A stretch of 63,803 nucleotides of DNA, from assembly GCA_029266575.1 (NCBI GenBank), contig JAQSWP010000010.1:1-63803 (forward strand), given 5' to 3'. Each line of letters begins with the position of its first letter. Within the stretch, counting starts at the first letter, position 1. This document shows positions 27,505 through 37,140 of the stretch, piece after piece. Below the pieces are notes generated by a model, which worked only from the letters and a program-made list of their open reading frames with translations, was not told the DNA's origin and ran no database searches. Made by a program: the position numbers and the translations under genes. Source of the DNA: Alphaproteobacteria bacterium. GTDB taxonomy: Bacteria; Pseudomonadota; Alphaproteobacteria; Reyranellales; JAQSWP01.

Positions 27505-28659
27505 ATGAACGACAACGAGCACAAGGGCCTGCTGCCGGCCGGCCTGGGCGACATGCTGCCCCCGGAGGCTGCGCTTGAGGCGAGCGTCATCGAGCAGTTG
27601 ATGGCGCGGCTGGCGGCCAATGGCTACGACCGGGTCAAGCCGCCACTCGTCGAGTTCGAGGAATCGCTTCTGACCGGCGCCGGCGCGCAGATGGCGTCGC
27701 AGACTTTCCGCCTGATGGACCCGGTGTCGCAGCGCATGCTGGGCGTGCGCTCGGACATGACCCTGCAGATCGCCCGCATTGCCGCCAGCCGGCTGCGCGA
27801 CGTTGGCAGGCCATTGCGGCTGTCCTATGCCGGGCAGGTGTTGCGGGTGAAGGGCTCGCAATTGCGGCCCGAGCGGCAGTTCGCGCAGATCGGCGCCGAG
27901 CTGATCGGCAGCGATTCGGTCGAGGCCGATGTCGAGGCCGTGCTGCTGTCGGCGCTGGCGCTGCGCTCGCTGGGCATCGAGACGCTGTCGGTCGATCTCA
28001 ACCTGCCGACTTTGCTGGCGGCGGTGGGATCGGGCGCCGGCGTGCCGGACGCGAAATTTCCCAAGCTGCACGATGCGCTGGAGCGCAAGGACGAGGCGGG
28101 CGTGCGGGCGCTCTTGGGCAAGGATCACGCGCCGGCCATGGAGCTGTTCGTGGCGCTGTTGCGCATGGTCGGTCCGGCGGAAGCCGTGGTGGCGAAAATC
28201 GCCGGGCTCGATCTGCCGCCGGCGGCGCGGGTGGAAGCCAAGCGCCTGGCGGACGTCGTCAAGCGGTTGCGCAACGCAGATGCCGGCCTGAAGCTGACCG
28301 TCGATCCGGTCGAGTATCGTGGTTTCGAATATCACACCGGGGTGTCGTTCACGCTGTTCGCGCTGGGCGTGCGCGGCGAGCTGGGACGCGGCGGGCGCTA
28401 CGTGACGCGCGATGGCGAAGCGGCGACCGGCTTCACGCTCTATATGGACACCATCCTTCAGGCCGTGAAAGCGCCGGCGGCCAAACGTCGGTTGCTGCTG
28501 CCGGCCAACACGGCGATCGCTGAGCGTCAGCGGCTGCAGAAGGAAGGCTTCGTCACGGTGACGGCGCTGGATGACGTCGAGGACATCAAAAGCGAAGCGC
28601 GGCGCGTCGGCTGCAGCCACGCGCTGATCGGCGGCGCCGTGGTTGCTTTGTCGCAATAG
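27505..28659 (+). CDS. hisZ: ATP phosphoribosyltransferase regulatory subunit HisZ
   Basis: ATG 27505. HisRS-like catalytic core (GLGDMLPPEA, FRLMDPVSQRMLGVRSDMTLQIARIA) without an anticodon-binding domain. Confidence 0.85.
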   Translation: MNDNEHKGLLPAGLGDMLPPEAALEASVIEQLMARLAANGYDRVKPPLVEFEESLLTGAGAQMASQTFRLMDPVSQRMLGVRSDMTLQIARIAASRLRDVGRPLRLSYAGQVLRVKGSQLRPERQFAQIGAELIGSDSVEADVEAVLLSALALRSLGIETLSVDLNLPTLLAAVGSGAGVPDAKFPKLHDALERKDEAGVRALLGKDHAPAMELFVALLRMVGPAEAVVAKIAGLDLPPAARVEAKRLADVVKRLRNADAGLKLTVDPVEYRGFEYHTGVSFTLFALGVRGELGRGGRYVTRDGEAATGFTLYMDTILQAVKAPAAKRRLLLPANTAIAERQRLQKEGFVTVTALDDVEDIKSEARRVGCSHALIGGAVVALSQ

Positions 28660-28685
28660 GGGCGCTGTCGCAGTAGGAGAAGGAT

Positions 28686-29969
28686 ATGGCGAACGTAGCG
28701 GTCGTCGGCGCGCAATGGGGCGACGAGGGCAAAGGCAAGATCGTGGACTGGCTGGCCGAGCGCGCCGAAGTGGTGGTGCGCTTCCAGGGCGGGCACAACG
28801 CGGGCCATACGCTGGTCATCGAAGGCAACACCTACAAGCTGGCGCTGCTGCCGTCGGGCATCGTGCGGCCGGGCAAGATCTCGATCATCGGCTCCGGCGT
28901 CGTGGTCGATCCCTGGGCGCTGCTGGAAGAGATCGAAAAGGTGCGCAAGCAGGGCGTTTCCGTCACGCCCGAAACCTTGAAGCTGGCCGAGAACGCCACC
29001 TTGATCCTGCCGGTGCATCGCGAGCTCGATCGTGCGCGCGAGCAGACGCAGCGCATCGGCACCACCATGCGCGGCATCGGCCCCGCCTACGAGGATCGGG
29101 CCGGCCGCCGCGGCATCCGCGCCGCCGATCTTGCCGACATTGACGGGCTGAACGAGCGCGTGACCATGCTGCTGGCGCATCACAACACGCTGCGCCGCGG
29201 TTTCGGGCTGGAAGAGATCGACCATGACGGGCTGATCGCGCAGCTGCGCGAAGTCGCGCCCAAGATCCTGCCCTACGTCGATGCCACCTGGCGCACCCTC
29301 GACGGCTTGCGCAAGCAGGGCAAGCGCATTCTGTTCGAAGGCGCGCAGGCGGCCATGCTCGACGTCGATCACGGCACCTATCCCTACGTGACCTCGTCCA
29401 CCACGCTTGCCGGTCACGCGGCGGCAGGTTCCGGCATCTCGCCGTCGGCGATCGGCTACGTGCTGGGCATCACCAAGGCCTACACCACGCGGGTCGGCGC
29501 CGGGCCGTTCCCGACCGAGCAGGAGAACGAGATCGGCGAGACGCTGGGCCAGCGCGGCAACGAGTTCGGCACCAACACCGGGCGCAAGCGGCGCTGCGGC
29601 TGGTTCGACGCGGTTATGGTGCGTCAGGCGATCAAGTTCGGCGGCATCGACGGCATCGCGCTGACCAAACTCGACGTTCTGGACGGCTTCAGCGAATTGA
29701 AGATCTGCACCGCCTACAAGCTCGACGGCAAGACCATCGATTACCTGCCGGCCGCCACCGCGCTGCAGGCGCGGGTCGAACCGGTCTACGAGACGATGAA
29801 AGGCTGGAGCGACACCACGCGCGGCGCGCGCTCCTACACGCAGCTCCCCGGCCAGGCCAACAAGTACGTGCGCCGCATCGAGGAGCTGATCGAGGCGCCG
29901 GTGACGTTGCTTTCGACCAGCCCGGACCGCGACGACACCATCCTGATCCGCGATCCGTTCAACGATTAG
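28686..29969 (+). CDS. purA: adenylosuccinate synthase
   Basis: 427 aa. Motifs [31 protein letters not shown] and [12 protein letters not shown]. Confidence 0.97.
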   Translation: MANVAVVGAQWGDEGKGKIVDWLAERAEVVVRFQGGHNAGHTLVIEGNTYKLALLPSGIVRPGKISIIGSGVVVDPWALLEEIEKVRKQGVSVTPETLKLAENATLILPVHRELDRAREQTQRIGTTMRGIGPAYEDRAGRRGIRAADLADIDGLNERVTMLLAHHNTLRRGFGLEEIDHDGLIAQLREVAPKILPYVDATWRTLDGLRKQGKRILFEGAQAAMLDVDHGTYPYVTSSTTLAGHAAAGSGISPSAIGYVLGITKAYTTRVGAGPFPTEQENEIGETLGQRGNEFGTNTGRKRRCGWFDAVMVRQAIKFGGIDGIALTKLDVLDGFSELKICTAYKLDGKTIDYLPAATALQARVEPVYETMKGWSDTTRGARSYTQLPGQANKYVRRIEELIEAPVTLLSTSPDRDDTILIRDPFND

Positions 29970-30021
29970 TCAATAATTTCAGACTCTTAATTGAGCCTGC
30001 GAGTCTCCTAAAAGTTTTTGT

Positions 30022-30047
30022 TTGACAGTGTAAATTTACATCGTCAA
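30022..30047. promoter_or_regulatory. imperfect 26-bp palindrome, candidate TetR operator
   Basis: TTGACAGTGTAAA|TTTACATCGTCAA with 11 of 13 arm positions complementary. It lies in the only strongly AT-rich spacer of the window and ends 9 nt before the tetR-family ATG (30057). Confidence 0.4.
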
Positions 30048-30056
30048 TTATAATAA

Positions 30057-30686
30057 ATGCCACGTGTCCTCAGCGACGACGATGTCAGCGATTTCCGCGC
30101 GCGCCTGTGCGAGGCCGCGTTGCGTCGCTTCGGGAAGGAAGGCGAGGCGGGCATTTCCTTCCGCAAGCTCGCCGATGATCTCGGCGTCAGCGCCACCACG
30201 CCCTACCGCTATTTCAAGGACAAGGACGCCATCATGGCCGCGTTGCGCGCCGATGCGTTCGACCGTTTCGCGCTGGCGATGGAGCGTGCCTACGACCGCA
30301 GCGAAGGGCCGGCGCTCTCGCGCGCTCGCGCCGTGCTGCAGGCCTATATCGAATTCGTGCAGGCCGATCCGCGTGCGTATCGGCTGATGTTCGACGGCGA
30401 CCAGCACGAGTTGCGTGACTATCCCGATCTGCAGCGCGCCTCCGCCCGCGCCAAGGCCACCATGTCGCGCCATGTCGTTGGCATGGTCGAAGCCGGCCTG
30501 CTGCCGGCCGACACCGATGCGGCGATGCTGGGCTTCGTCATGTGGTCGCAATTGCATGGCGCGGTGATGTTGCATCTGGCGGGCAAGCTCTCGCGCGAGA
30601 CCATGTTCGAGATCGTCGAGGAAGCCACGCGGCTGGTGCTGCGTGGCTCCGGACTGAAAATCAAGGTGAAGGCCGAAGCCGCCTGA
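30057..30686 (+). CDS. TetR/AcrR family transcriptional regulator
   Basis: 209 aa. N-terminal HTH ISFRKLADDLGVSATTPYRYFKDKDAI. Confidence 0.85.
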   Translation: MPRVLSDDDVSDFRARLCEAALRRFGKEGEAGISFRKLADDLGVSATTPYRYFKDKDAIMAALRADAFDRFALAMERAYDRSEGPALSRARAVLQAYIEFVQADPRAYRLMFDGDQHELRDYPDLQRASARAKATMSRHVVGMVEAGLLPADTDAAMLGFVMWSQLHGAVMLHLAGKLSRETMFEIVEEATRLVLRGSGLKIKVKAEAA

Positions 30687-30714
30687 GTGCGGCGATCATG
30701 AGAGGGAGGCAGAC

Positions 30715-32121
30715 ATGAGTGCGCCGTTTCCGACCACCGATCCGTTCCTGCGCGGCAACTATGCGCCGCTCTTGATGGAATCCGATGCCTACGACCTGCC
30801 GGTGACGGGCGAAATCCCGGCGGCGCTGGCCGGCACGCTCTACCGCAACGGACCTAACCCGCAATTCGCGCCGCGCGGCTTCTATCACTGGTTCGCGGGC
30901 GACGGCATGCTGCATGCACTGCGCGTGGAGAACGGCAAGGTTTCGTACCGCAATCGCTGGGTACGCACGCCGAAATGGCAGATGGAGCACGAAGCGGGCA
31001 AGGCGCTTTATGGCGCGTTCGGCAATCCGATGTGGTCCGACCCCGTCACCTTCGGCAAGGATTCGACCACTGCCAACACCAACGTGGTCTGGCACGGCGG
31101 CAAATTGCTGGCTTTGGAAGAGGCGCATCTGCCGTTCGAGGTCGATGCAGAGACGCTACAGCCCAAGGGCGATGCGACCTATGGCGGCAAGTTGCAGACC
31201 AAGATGACGGCGCATCCCAAGATCGACCCGGAGACGGGCGAGATGGTGTGCTTCGCCTATTCGGCCGCCGGCCGCTTCACGCCCTCAATGGCGTATTACA
31301 CGATCGACCGCAGCGGCCAGCTTACCGACTACCAGGAATTCGACGCGCCTTATGTATCGATGGTGCATGATTTCTGCGTCACCAGGGATTTCGTGCTGTT
31401 CCCGATCCTGCCGCTGACCGGCAGCATGGAGCGGGCGATGAACCAGAAGCCGGCTTTTGCCTGGGAGCCGGAAAAGGGCAACCGGATTGGCATCCTCAAA
31501 CGCGGCGACAAGGTCGCCAACATGCGCTGGTTCACCGGCGATCCCAGCTACGTGTTCCACCCGATGAACGCCTGGAACGAGGGCAACAGGATCTTCGCCG
31601 ACGTGATGGAATATCCCGTGGCGCCGCTCTTTCCCAATCCCGACGGCACGCCGGCGGCCGAGGGCCGCACCCAGGCGCGGCTGGTGCGCTGGACCTTCGA
31701 TCTCGACAACAACTCGGACACCTACCGCCGCGAGGAGCTCGACGACACGCCGGGCGAATTCCCGCGCTTCGACGAGCGCCGCGCCGGGCTTTCCTATCGC
31801 CACGGCTATTTCACCGGCTACCGGCCGGGCAAGCAGATCGGCATGTTCGACGCTCTCGGCCATATCGACTTCAAGACCGGCAAGCGCATCCTGCATGCGC
31901 TGCCCGAGGGCGATGCCACCTCGGAAGCGGTGTTCGTCCCTAAAAGCGACAGTGCACCCGAAGGTGACGGCTTCCTGCTTTCGGTGGTGCATCGCGGCGC
32001 GGAGAACCGCTCCGACCTCTGTGTCTTCGACGCCGCCGACATCGCCCACGGGCCGATCGCCACCGCGCATCTGCCGACCAGGGTACCGTTCGGCTTCCAC
32101 GGCAACTGGCGGCCGCATTGA
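30715..32121 (+). CDS. carotenoid oxygenase family protein (apocarotenoid/stilbene-cleaving dioxygenase type)
   Basis: 468 aa. Motifs FLRGNYAPL, YRNGPNPQF, HWFAGDGMLHAL, MVHDF and C-terminal FGFHGNW. RBS GAGGGAGG. Confidence 0.9.
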   Translation: MSAPFPTTDPFLRGNYAPLLMESDAYDLPVTGEIPAALAGTLYRNGPNPQFAPRGFYHWFAGDGMLHALRVENGKVSYRNRWVRTPKWQMEHEAGKALYGAFGNPMWSDPVTFGKDSTTANTNVVWHGGKLLALEEAHLPFEVDAETLQPKGDATYGGKLQTKMTAHPKIDPETGEMVCFAYSAAGRFTPSMAYYTIDRSGQLTDYQEFDAPYVSMVHDFCVTRDFVLFPILPLTGSMERAMNQKPAFAWEPEKGNRIGILKRGDKVANMRWFTGDPSYVFHPMNAWNEGNRIFADVMEYPVAPLFPNPDGTPAAEGRTQARLVRWTFDLDNNSDTYRREELDDTPGEFPRFDERRAGLSYRHGYFTGYRPGKQIGMFDALGHIDFKTGKRILHALPEGDATSEAVFVPKSDSAPEGDGFLLSVVHRGAENRSDLCVFDAADIAHGPIATAHLPTRVPFGFHGNWRPH

Positions 32122-32146
32122 ATTAGCCGGCTTTCCTTCCGACGTG

Positions 32147-32174
32147 CGGCGGCCCACGGGCCGCCGTTTCTTTT
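32147..32174 (+). terminator. intrinsic terminator after the carotenoid oxygenase gene
   Basis: CGGCGGCC, loop CACG, GGCCGCCG (an 8-bp all-GC stem), followed by TTTCTTTT. Confidence 0.8.
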
Positions 32175-32221
32175 AGTGTTTATGTCTCCGCCGCCTAAAC
32201 TTTAAGAATAGATTCACCCGA

Positions 32222-32884
32222 TTAGCGCCAGGCGAAGACGGGCTGGTCGTAGCCATCAACGCGGGTGTGGCGGCCATGCAGGCAGACTTCGCGAAACTGG
32301 TAGAGGAAGGCGGCGGTGGGGGTGTTGATGTCGTTCTGGCCGATCGGCATGCGCAGGATCGGCCGGTCGGATTCGGGAATGGTCATGATCTCCGGCGCAT
32401 CGTCGCGCTCGAGTTCGGCCAGCGGCACGTGGTGCAGGGATTCCACCTCGTCCTCGTTGGGCCGAAACAGCGCATGGTCGGGTGACCAAACCACGACCGG
32501 CGTGATCACATAGCCGGAGCGGGTTTCGTAATCGTCCAACAGGCCCAGCACTTCGCTGCGCTGGCAGATCAGGCCGATCTCCTCGTGCAATTCGCGCAGG
32601 GCGGCCTCGGCCGCATCCTCTCCCGCATCGATCCTGCCGCCGGGCAGCGCCCATTGCCCACCATGGGCGCGCAGCTTGGAGGCACGGCGCGTCAGCAGGA
32701 AACAGGACTGGCCGTTCTCGTCAGCCGCCAGGGTCAACGCTACGGCAGCGCGCTTGAGCTGGCCGCGATCCTCGCGCGCCACGACGGGAAACTGCTTCAG
32801 CCGCGCCGCAAATTGCTGGCGCAATTCGGGCCGGTGCAGCAGATCGGCCCGCGCCACGGAACGGTAGATCAGAATATCGACCAT
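32222..32884 (-). CDS. NUDIX hydrolase, CoA pyrophosphatase-like
   Basis: Nudix box GGRIDAGEDAAEAALRELHEEIGL, preceded by LLTRRASKLRAHGGQWALPGG. Confidence 0.8.
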   Translation of the reverse strand: MVDILIYRSVARADLLHRPELRQQFAARLKQFPVVAREDRGQLKRAAVALTLAADENGQSCFLLTRRASKLRAHGGQWALPGGRIDAGEDAAEAALRELHEEIGLICQRSEVLGLLDDYETRSGYVITPVVVWSPDHALFRPNEDEVESLHHVPLAELERDDAPEIMTIPESDRPILRMPIGQNDINTPTAAFLYQFREVCLHGRHTRVDGYDQPVFAWR

Positions 32885-32907
32885 GGGGGAATTGTCCCGC
32901 GCCTGCC

Positions 32908-34485
32908 CTAGAAACTCAACGCCGCCGCCTGCTTCACCGCCGGCAGCGACTGCACTTTGCCCAACACGGCATCGCTCATCTTTTGGTCGATCTGCAGCAG
33001 GGCGATGGCGTCGCCACCAGCTTCGTTGCGGCCGAGATGGAAGGTGGCGATGTTGATGCCGGCATCGCCCAGCACCTGGCCCAGCCGGCCGATGAAGCCC
33101 GGCTTGTCCTCGTTGGTGATGTAGAGCATGTGCGGGCCAAGCTCGGCCTCGATCGAGATGCCCTTGATCTCGACGATGCGCGGACGGTTGCCACCGAACA
33201 GCGTGCCGGCCACGGTGCGGGTGCGCCGGTCGGTGGCGACGGTCAGGCGGATCATGGTCTGGTAATCCGACGGCCGCTCGTGCTTGACCTCGCTCAGCGA
33301 GATGTCGCGTTCGCGGGCGATGATCGGCGCGTTGACCATGTTGACCGAATCCAGCAGCGGCTTCAGCAGGCCCATCAGAATGGTGGCAGTCAGCGGCTTG
33401 ACGTTGAGTTCGGCCACCTGGCCTTCGTATTCGACCGTTACGCTCTTCAGGCCGGTCTCGGTCAGTTGGCCCGCGAAGGAGCCGAGCTGCTCGGCGAGTT
33501 TCAGATACGGCGTCAGCTTGGGCGCATCCTCGGCGCTGATCGAGGGCATGTTGAGCGCATTGACCACCGCACCCGAAACCAGGAAATCCGACATCTGTTC
33601 CGCCACCTGCAGCGCCACGTTCTCCTGCGCCTCGGACGTAGAGGCGCCAAGATGCGGCGTCACCACGACGTTGGGATGGTTGAACAGCACGTTCTGTTTG
33701 GCCGGCTCGACCGGGAATACGTCGAGCCCGGCGCCGCCGATCTTGCCGCTGTCCAGCGCCGCTTTCAAATCTTCTTCAACCACCAGCCCGCCGCGGGCGC
33801 AATTGATGATGAAGACGCCGGTGCGCATCTTGGCGATGGAATCCTTGTTGATGAGATTGCGCGTGCCGTCGGTCAGCGGCGTGTGCAGGGTGATGAAATC
33901 GGCGCGGGCAAAGAGCTCGTCGAGCTCGACCTTCTCGACTCCGATGGCGACGGCGCGTTCGTTGGACAGGAAGGGGTCGTAGGCGACCACTTTCATTTTC
34001 AGGCCCAAAGCGCGCTCGGCCACGATCGAGCCGATATTGCCGCAGCCGACGATGCCAAGCGTCTTGGACGTCAGCTCGACGCCCATGAATTTCGACTTCT
34101 CCCACTTGCCGGCATGGGTCGAGCGGTCGGCCTGCGGAATCTGGCGCGCCAGCGCGAACATCATGGCCACCGCATGTTCCGCCGTGGTGATCGAATTGCC
34201 GAACGGGGTATTCATCACCACCACGCCGCGCGAGGACGCGGCCTTGACGTCGATGTTATCGACGCCGATGCCGGCGCGGCCGATGACTTTGAGCTTCGGC
34301 GCCACCGCCAGCACCTCGGCCGTGACCTTGGTGTTGGAGCGCACTGCAAGCCCATCGTACTCGCCGATGATGGCGCGCAAATCGGCAGGCGCGAGATTGG
34401 TCTTCACATCGACTTCAAGACCGCGCTCGCGAAAGATCTCGACCGCGCGCGGAGAGAGCTCGTCGGAAATAAGCACTTTGGCCAT
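32908..34485 (-). CDS. serA: D-3-phosphoglycerate dehydrogenase
   Basis: ATG 34485 with GGAG 6 nt upstream (alternative 34497). 525 aa. NAD motif GCGNIGS, a 2-hydroxyacid dehydrogenase core and a C-terminal regulatory domain. Confidence 0.95.
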   Translation of the reverse strand: MAKVLISDELSPRAVEIFRERGLEVDVKTNLAPADLRAIIGEYDGLAVRSNTKVTAEVLAVAPKLKVIGRAGIGVDNIDVKAASSRGVVVMNTPFGNSITTAEHAVAMMFALARQIPQADRSTHAGKWEKSKFMGVELTSKTLGIVGCGNIGSIVAERALGLKMKVVAYDPFLSNERAVAIGVEKVELDELFARADFITLHTPLTDGTRNLINKDSIAKMRTGVFIINCARGGLVVEEDLKAALDSGKIGGAGLDVFPVEPAKQNVLFNHPNVVVTPHLGASTSEAQENVALQVAEQMSDFLVSGAVVNALNMPSISAEDAPKLTPYLKLAEQLGSFAGQLTETGLKSVTVEYEGQVAELNVKPLTATILMGLLKPLLDSVNMVNAPIIARERDISLSEVKHERPSDYQTMIRLTVATDRRTRTVAGTLFGGNRPRIVEIKGISIEAELGPHMLYITNEDKPGFIGRLGQVLGDAGINIATFHLGRNEAGGDAIALLQIDQKMSDAVLGKVQSLPAVKQAAALSF

Positions 34486-34539
34486 GATCGGCTCCATTGC
34501 TCTTCGATGGTGGGAAATTGGAGGAAGCGCCGCCCGGAT

Positions 34540-35462
34540 TCAGGCGGCCTGCTGCAGTTCGGTTTCGACTTCGGCGATGGCCCAGTCGAGCCACGGCAGC
34601 AGCTTCTCGACATCTTCGGCTTCTACCGTGGAGCCGCACCAGATGCGACGATCAGCGCGTGCAGCCCGCCGATCTCCTCGCCCCATTTCAGCCCGTCTAT
34701 CGCGTCTTCGACGCAGAGCATCGACGGGGTGTTGATGGTCTCGCCCTTGAAGATGCCTTCGATCAGCTTGCCGCCCTGGGTCAGGCGGAAAATCTTCGGC
34801 ATTGGCCAGGCCGGCACATGGCTTTGCAGACGCTCGACGGCACGCGGGCTCAGCACCAGCATGCCATGCGCGCCTTCGCCCCCCATCACCTTCTGCCACG
34901 ACCAGGTCACGACATCGAGCTTGCGCCACGGCAGATCCATGGCGAAGACGGCCGAGGTGGCGTCGCAAATGGTCAGCCCTTGGCGCGCATCGCTGATCCA
35001 GTCGCCGTTGGGAACCTTGACGCCCGAGGTTGTGCCGTTCCAGGTGAACACCACATCGCGCGCCGGATCGGTCTTGGAAAGATCGGGAAGCTCGCCATAA
35101 GGCGCCTTCAGTACCCGCACATCGCTGAGCTTGAGCTGCTTCTGCACGTCGGAGACCCAGCCTTCGCCGAAGCTTTCCCAGGTCAGCATATCGACGCCGC
35201 GCGGGCCCAACAGCGACCACAGCGCCATCTCGACGGCGCCGGTATCGGAGGCCGGCACGATGCCGATCATGTAGGCCTCGGGAATGCCCAGCACCTTGCG
35301 AGTGCGGTCTATGACCTCTTTAAGCTTGGATTTGCCGGGCTTGGAGCGGTGCGAGCGACCGACGGTCGCGTCCTTGAGGGCTCCGGGGGTCCAGCCGGGG
35401 CGCTTGGCGCAAGGGCCGGAAGAAAAATCCGGACAGGCCGGACGGACGGACGGCTTATTCAC
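34540..35462 (-). pseudogene. serC: phosphoserine aminotransferase gene with internal deletion and frame break
   Basis: The N-terminal ~270 aa are SerC-like ([10 protein letters not shown]..., [34 protein letters not shown]...GGLHALI). The frame then hits a premature TAG at 34625-34623. The canonical C-terminus [23 protein letters not shown] lies in another frame ending at 34540. The segment normally between the two is absent. Confidence 0.7.
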
Positions 35463-35596
35463 TGACAGCTCTCCCTTCCAGAAGAGTGGCGCTCCGGTGG
35501 GGGAGCGTGGCCCGCGGACTGTCTAGCCCCGCAAGCCCTTGGCCGTCAACGCGCAATTTGTTGCGGTGTGTTACGCGGGGAAAGCAAAGCGGCCAT

Positions 35597-36043
35597 TTAG
35601 GATCGCTTCTTCAAAAACACCACCGTCTCCATATCCAGCACGATCTCCTTGTTCTGGTTTTTGGTGACCTGCCGCAGGCGGGCCACGCCGCGATCCGGCT
35701 TCGAGTCGGAGGCACGGAGCTCGACGATCTCGACTTCGACATGGATGGTGTCGCCCGGCCGCACCGGCTTCAGGAACCGCGTCCGGTCGAAGCCGGGCGA
35801 GCCCATATTGCAATGCGCGAAGGTGCCCAGCGCCAGCCACAGCCGCAAGGAAGCGCACAGCGTGTGCAGGCCCGACGCGATCAGCCCCTCATAAGCCCAG
35901 TCCTTGGAGAATTGCTTGTCGATATGGAACGGTTGCGGGTCCCAAGTCAGGGCGAAATCGATGATGGCGCTTTCGGTGATGGTGAGGCCTGGGCTGACGA
36001 AGCGATCACCCTGCTTGAAGTCCTCGAAGAAACGCGGCTGCAT
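35597..36043 (-). CDS. MaoC family dehydratase (hot-dog fold)
   Basis: 148 aa. Motif WDPQPFHIDKQFSKDWAYEGLIASGLH. Confidence 0.85.
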   Translation of the reverse strand: MQPRFFEDFKQGDRFVSPGLTITESAIIDFALTWDPQPFHIDKQFSKDWAYEGLIASGLHTLCASLRLWLALGTFAHCNMGSPGFDRTRFLKPVRPGDTIHVEVEIVELRASDSKPDRGVARLRQVTKNQNKEIVLDMETVVFLKKRS

Positions 36044-36069
36044 GTAACTCTCGAACGAAGGACGGCAGG

Positions 36070-36555
36070 TCAGGCCGCTGCCAGGGTTACGACGTGAAAG
36101 GCCAAAGCAGCGATCAGGCCCTGAAAAGCCAAGGCCACCATGCGGTATTTCTTGCGGCAGATCGTGGCCAGGCTGACGACGTTGGCGAGATACTGTTCGA
36201 CTAGAAAATCCCGGTCGTCGGCCTGCATCGCCTTGGCCACCACCTCACGCGCCTGCGGCCAGGCATTCCAGTACAACGCTACCCCACCGTGCGCGTCGCG
36301 CGGCAGCAGCACCAGAATGGCGCAGACCAGCGCGACGCCCAGCGCCAGGACCTGTCCCAGCGACATGACCCAGCGCACCGACAGGCCCTTGTCGACGTTG
36401 ACCCAGAAGAAGACCTGGCGCATGTCGGAGGACCAGATCAGCAGCACGAACAGGAAAGTCAGGATATAGGCCGCCTTCTGGTCGGCGGCCTTGATCTGAT
36501 CGTAGAAGGTGCTGTTGATGGTTTTCAGGTAGTCGATGTATTCCTGCGACGCCAT
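36070..36555 (-). CDS. hypothetical 3-TM membrane protein (possibly DUF5706/PycTM-like)
   Basis: 161 aa. A soluble N-terminus with an A-D-x-K-A motif (IKAADQKAAY) runs into TM1 (ILTFLFVLLIWS). TM2 is VMSLGQVLALGVALVCAILVLL. An ~50-aa helical segment follows, then TM3 (MVALAFQGLIAALAFHVVTLAAA). The family assignment is a recollection, not a search result. Confidence 0.6.
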   Translation of the reverse strand: MASQEYIDYLKTINSTFYDQIKAADQKAAYILTFLFVLLIWSSDMRQVFFWVNVDKGLSVRWVMSLGQVLALGVALVCAILVLLPRDAHGGVALYWNAWPQAREVVAKAMQADDRDFLVEQYLANVVSLATICRKKYRMVALAFQGLIAALAFHVVTLAAA

Positions 36556-36588
36556 GCGAACCCTCTCCGCCCAATCAGGGACGGCGGC

Positions 36589-37092
36589 TCAGTCTAGCGC
36601 CGAACCCGTGCCGGGTGACAGGGCCAGTTCCATGTAAACCGCGCCATCGATCGGATTGTTGTAATAGGGCTCGACCTCGCGAAATCCCATAGAGGCATAG
36701 AGCGCCCGCGCCGCCGCCATGGTCTTGAGCGTGTCCAGCCGCATGGCGCCATAGCCCAGCCGCCGGCCCTCCGCCACCACCGCTTCCGCCATGCGTCGTC
36801 CCAAATCCAGCCCGCGGAATTGCGGCTTCAGGTAAAGCCGCTTCATTTCGCAAATACCCGGCGCCAGCTGCCACACGCCCACGGCCCCTGCCGCAACGCC
36901 ATCGACCTTGGCCAGCAGCAATCCGCCCTTGGGCGGCGAATATTTGGCGGGAAAGGTCGCCATTTCCTCATCGAAGCCCTGGAAGCACAGGCTGAAACCC
37001 AGCGACTGGGCGTATTCGAGAAACAGCGCCTTGACCGCTTCGATTTCAGCGGCGCCCTGCGGCTGGCCGATGGTGATGGCTTTCTGCGTCAT
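36589..37092 (-). CDS. GNAT family N-acetyltransferase
   Basis: 167 aa. Acetyl-CoA site region MKRLYLKPQFRGLDLGRRMAEAVVAEGRRLGYGAMRLDT. Confidence 0.85.
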   Translation of the reverse strand: MTQKAITIGQPQGAAEIEAVKALFLEYAQSLGFSLCFQGFDEEMATFPAKYSPPKGGLLLAKVDGVAAGAVGVWQLAPGICEMKRLYLKPQFRGLDLGRRMAEAVVAEGRRLGYGAMRLDTLKTMAAARALYASMGFREVEPYYNNPIDGAVYMELALSPGTGSALD

Positions 37093-37140
37093 GGAGGCTC
37101 CGCCGGCATCCTTGCGAATGCCGGCCGTTCGCTCAAGCCT

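Noticed and set aside
30049-30054. A perfect TATAAT hexamer just upstream of the TetR-family gene.
   Set aside because: It ends 2 nt before the ATG, so a transcript from it would start inside the coding sequence. It is also 21 nt from the TTGACA, too far for a standard promoter. I did not call it a -10 box.
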